A stretch of 64,000 nucleotides of DNA from Rhodoluna sp. (lineage in GTDB: Bacteria > Actinomycetota > Actinomycetes > Actinomycetales > Microbacteriaceae). The stretch is taken from NCBI GenBank assembly GCA_049276775.1, contig JBASXC010000028.1; one strand, written 5' to 3'. Shown here piece after piece: positions 61,720 to 64,000 of this stretch (positions are counted from its first letter, which is position 1; every line of letters starts with the position of its first letter). Both the position numbers and the translations under genes were made by a program. The notes beneath the pieces were generated by a model, which did not search any database, was not told the origin of the DNA, and saw only the letters and a list, made by a program, of their open reading frames with translations.

Positions 61720-62177
61720 TTGATGAGAAAAAAACACTTCCTGCTTACCTCGGCGGCTCTTAGCCTCGCCTTTTTGACTGGCTGTGCTCCAACCGTAGTG
61801 CTGGACCCTGCGGCCGATGCTAACAATCCGGAGTGTGCAGAAGTCATTGTCAGGCTCCCAGACACCCTCGCCGATCAGCCAAAGAGAACCGTGAACGCTC
61901 AGTCCACCGCCGCTTGGGGAGAACCGGTAGCGGTTATCTTGCGCTGCGGTTTAGAGCCCGTTGAGGTCTCACCGCTTCCCTGCGTCAGCGCATCGGACAT
62001 CGATTGGCTAATCGATAACTCAAGTGCCCCGACCTTTAGGTTTATAAGCTACGCCCGTTTTCCAGCCACCGAAGTAATCGTTGATTCAAACAAGGTTGCG
62101 GGAGTCACGGTTCTTGAACAACTCGCTGGAGCAGTTGGTGTGCTAGAGCCAACAAAGCGCTGCACCGAAATAACGAA

Positions 62178-62181
<4 letters not shown>
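61720..62181 (+). CDS. DUF3515 lipoprotein.
   Basis: Lipobox LTGC after the signal peptide. PECAEVIVRLPDTL...TAAWGEPVAVILRCG fits the family. Conserved position between thiL and ddl. Confidence 0.75.
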
Positions 62182-63259
<1,078 letters not shown>

Positions 63260-63260
<1 letters not shown>

Positions 63261-64000
63261 TACTCGCCCTGGGGCTCTTCGGTCTCGTGGGTTAGGTGAG
63301 GAGCGATGTCCTTGGGACTCATCTTGCCCTCAATCACAAGCTCCACCTGCTCAACAATTGGCATGCTGATGCCCTTGTCGCGAGCAAGCTCGAGGATTGT
63401 GGAAACCGATGCCAGACCCTCGGCAGTCTGGGAAAGCCTTGCTAGGACTTCACGTTTCGAGTAGCCCTTGCCGAGCATTTCTCCGGCCTTATGGTTTCTA
63501 GAAAGCGGTGACTCACTGGTGGCAATCAGGTCACCGAGACCAGCAAGACCGACCATTGTCTTTGGCTTTGCCCCGAAGGCCACCGCAAATCTGGAAATCT
63601 CAGAGACCCCACGGGTCATGATTGAGGCCTTGGTGTTTTGACCGTAGCCAACACCGTTGACAATACCGATTGCAACGGCAATCAAGTTCTTTAAGATTCC
63701 GCCGAACTCGGTGCCAATCACATCGGTGTTAGTAAAAGTCGTGAAGTATGAGTTGCTCGAGGCAGCTGCGACCAGCTTTGCGGATTCAAGTGAACTGGAG
63801 GCGGCAACCGATGCCGCGGGCTGCTCATCGGCAATCTCGAGGGCCAGGTTTGGACCCGACACCACAACGATTTTTTCTGGGTCGATTCCGGCTTCAGCAA
63901 TTACCTGGCTCATGCGAAGGCCAGTATCTTTTTCGACACCCTTCATCAGAGAAACAACCATTGCATCCTTAGGGATGAGGTGACCCCAATCTGCAAGGTT
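63260..64000 (-). CDS. gpsA: NAD(P)H-dependent glycerol-3-phosphate dehydrogenase (C-terminal part; the 5' end is outside the window).
   Basis: KGVE, LKNLIAVAIGI, GLGDLIATSESPLSRNHKAG, and AEG motifs. The reading frame stays open to position 64000. The stop overlaps the ddl start (TAATG). Confidence 0.9.

Overview
This 64-kb window is core chromosome from a moderate-GC actinobacterium. From gene order and protein motifs it is most likely a genome-streamlined member of Micrococcales/Microbacteriaceae; this is inference, as no search could be run. By my gene calls only about 2.1 kb is not covered by a gene, so roughly 97% is coding. The window joins several blocks whose order matches well-known actinobacterial housekeeping regions, for example in Mycobacterium tuberculosis (recalled from memory). 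(i) An aldehyde dehydrogenase / Lrp regulator / class-III aminotransferase trio (polyamine or GABA-type catabolism), then ogt-tag, then a small ECF sigma factor with a membrane-anchored partner, and yaaA. (ii) A roughly 19-kb co-directional minus-strand array: argS-lysA-hom-thrC-thrB-rho-prfA-prmC-tsaC-wecA-(small membrane protein)-atpBEFHAGDC. (iii) tRNA-Arg(CCG), rdgB-rph-murI, pncB, DUF3039, an HtrA-like protease, an unknown secreted protein, and initiator tRNA-Met. (iv) UPF0182, a PDZ/Lon-like protease, a zincin-like protein, a UvrD-like helicase, nudC, an APH-fold protein, and adnB-adnA. (v) DUF3107, a ferritin-like protein, a DEAD-box helicase, PHP, pepP, mrp, a second aldehyde dehydrogenase, tatB, an O-methyltransferase, DUF3117 (under 60 aa, absent from the ORF track), dapE/dapD, thiL, DUF3515, ddl, and gpsA (partial). 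I saw no mobile elements, CRISPR, prophage or integrase genes, toxin-antitoxin pairs, or recognisable defence genes. I did not find a convincing novel multi-gene system, and the region looks ordinary. The points worth a second look are at the protein and architecture level: a Rho that appears to lack the N-terminal helix bundle; an APH-fold protein with all three catalytic residues substituted; a zincin-like protein with REXXH instead of HEXXH; a UvrD2-like helicase without the Cys4/HRDC tail; an 88-aa ATP synthase epsilon; absence of the sigE-rseA-htrA module from its usual slot; a possible ogt-tag-ECF sigma operon; an unknown S/G/K-rich secreted protein; and extreme compaction with many overlapping convergent gene ends, including a tRNA. 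All functional calls rest on motif recognition by eye and recalled synteny, not on database searches.
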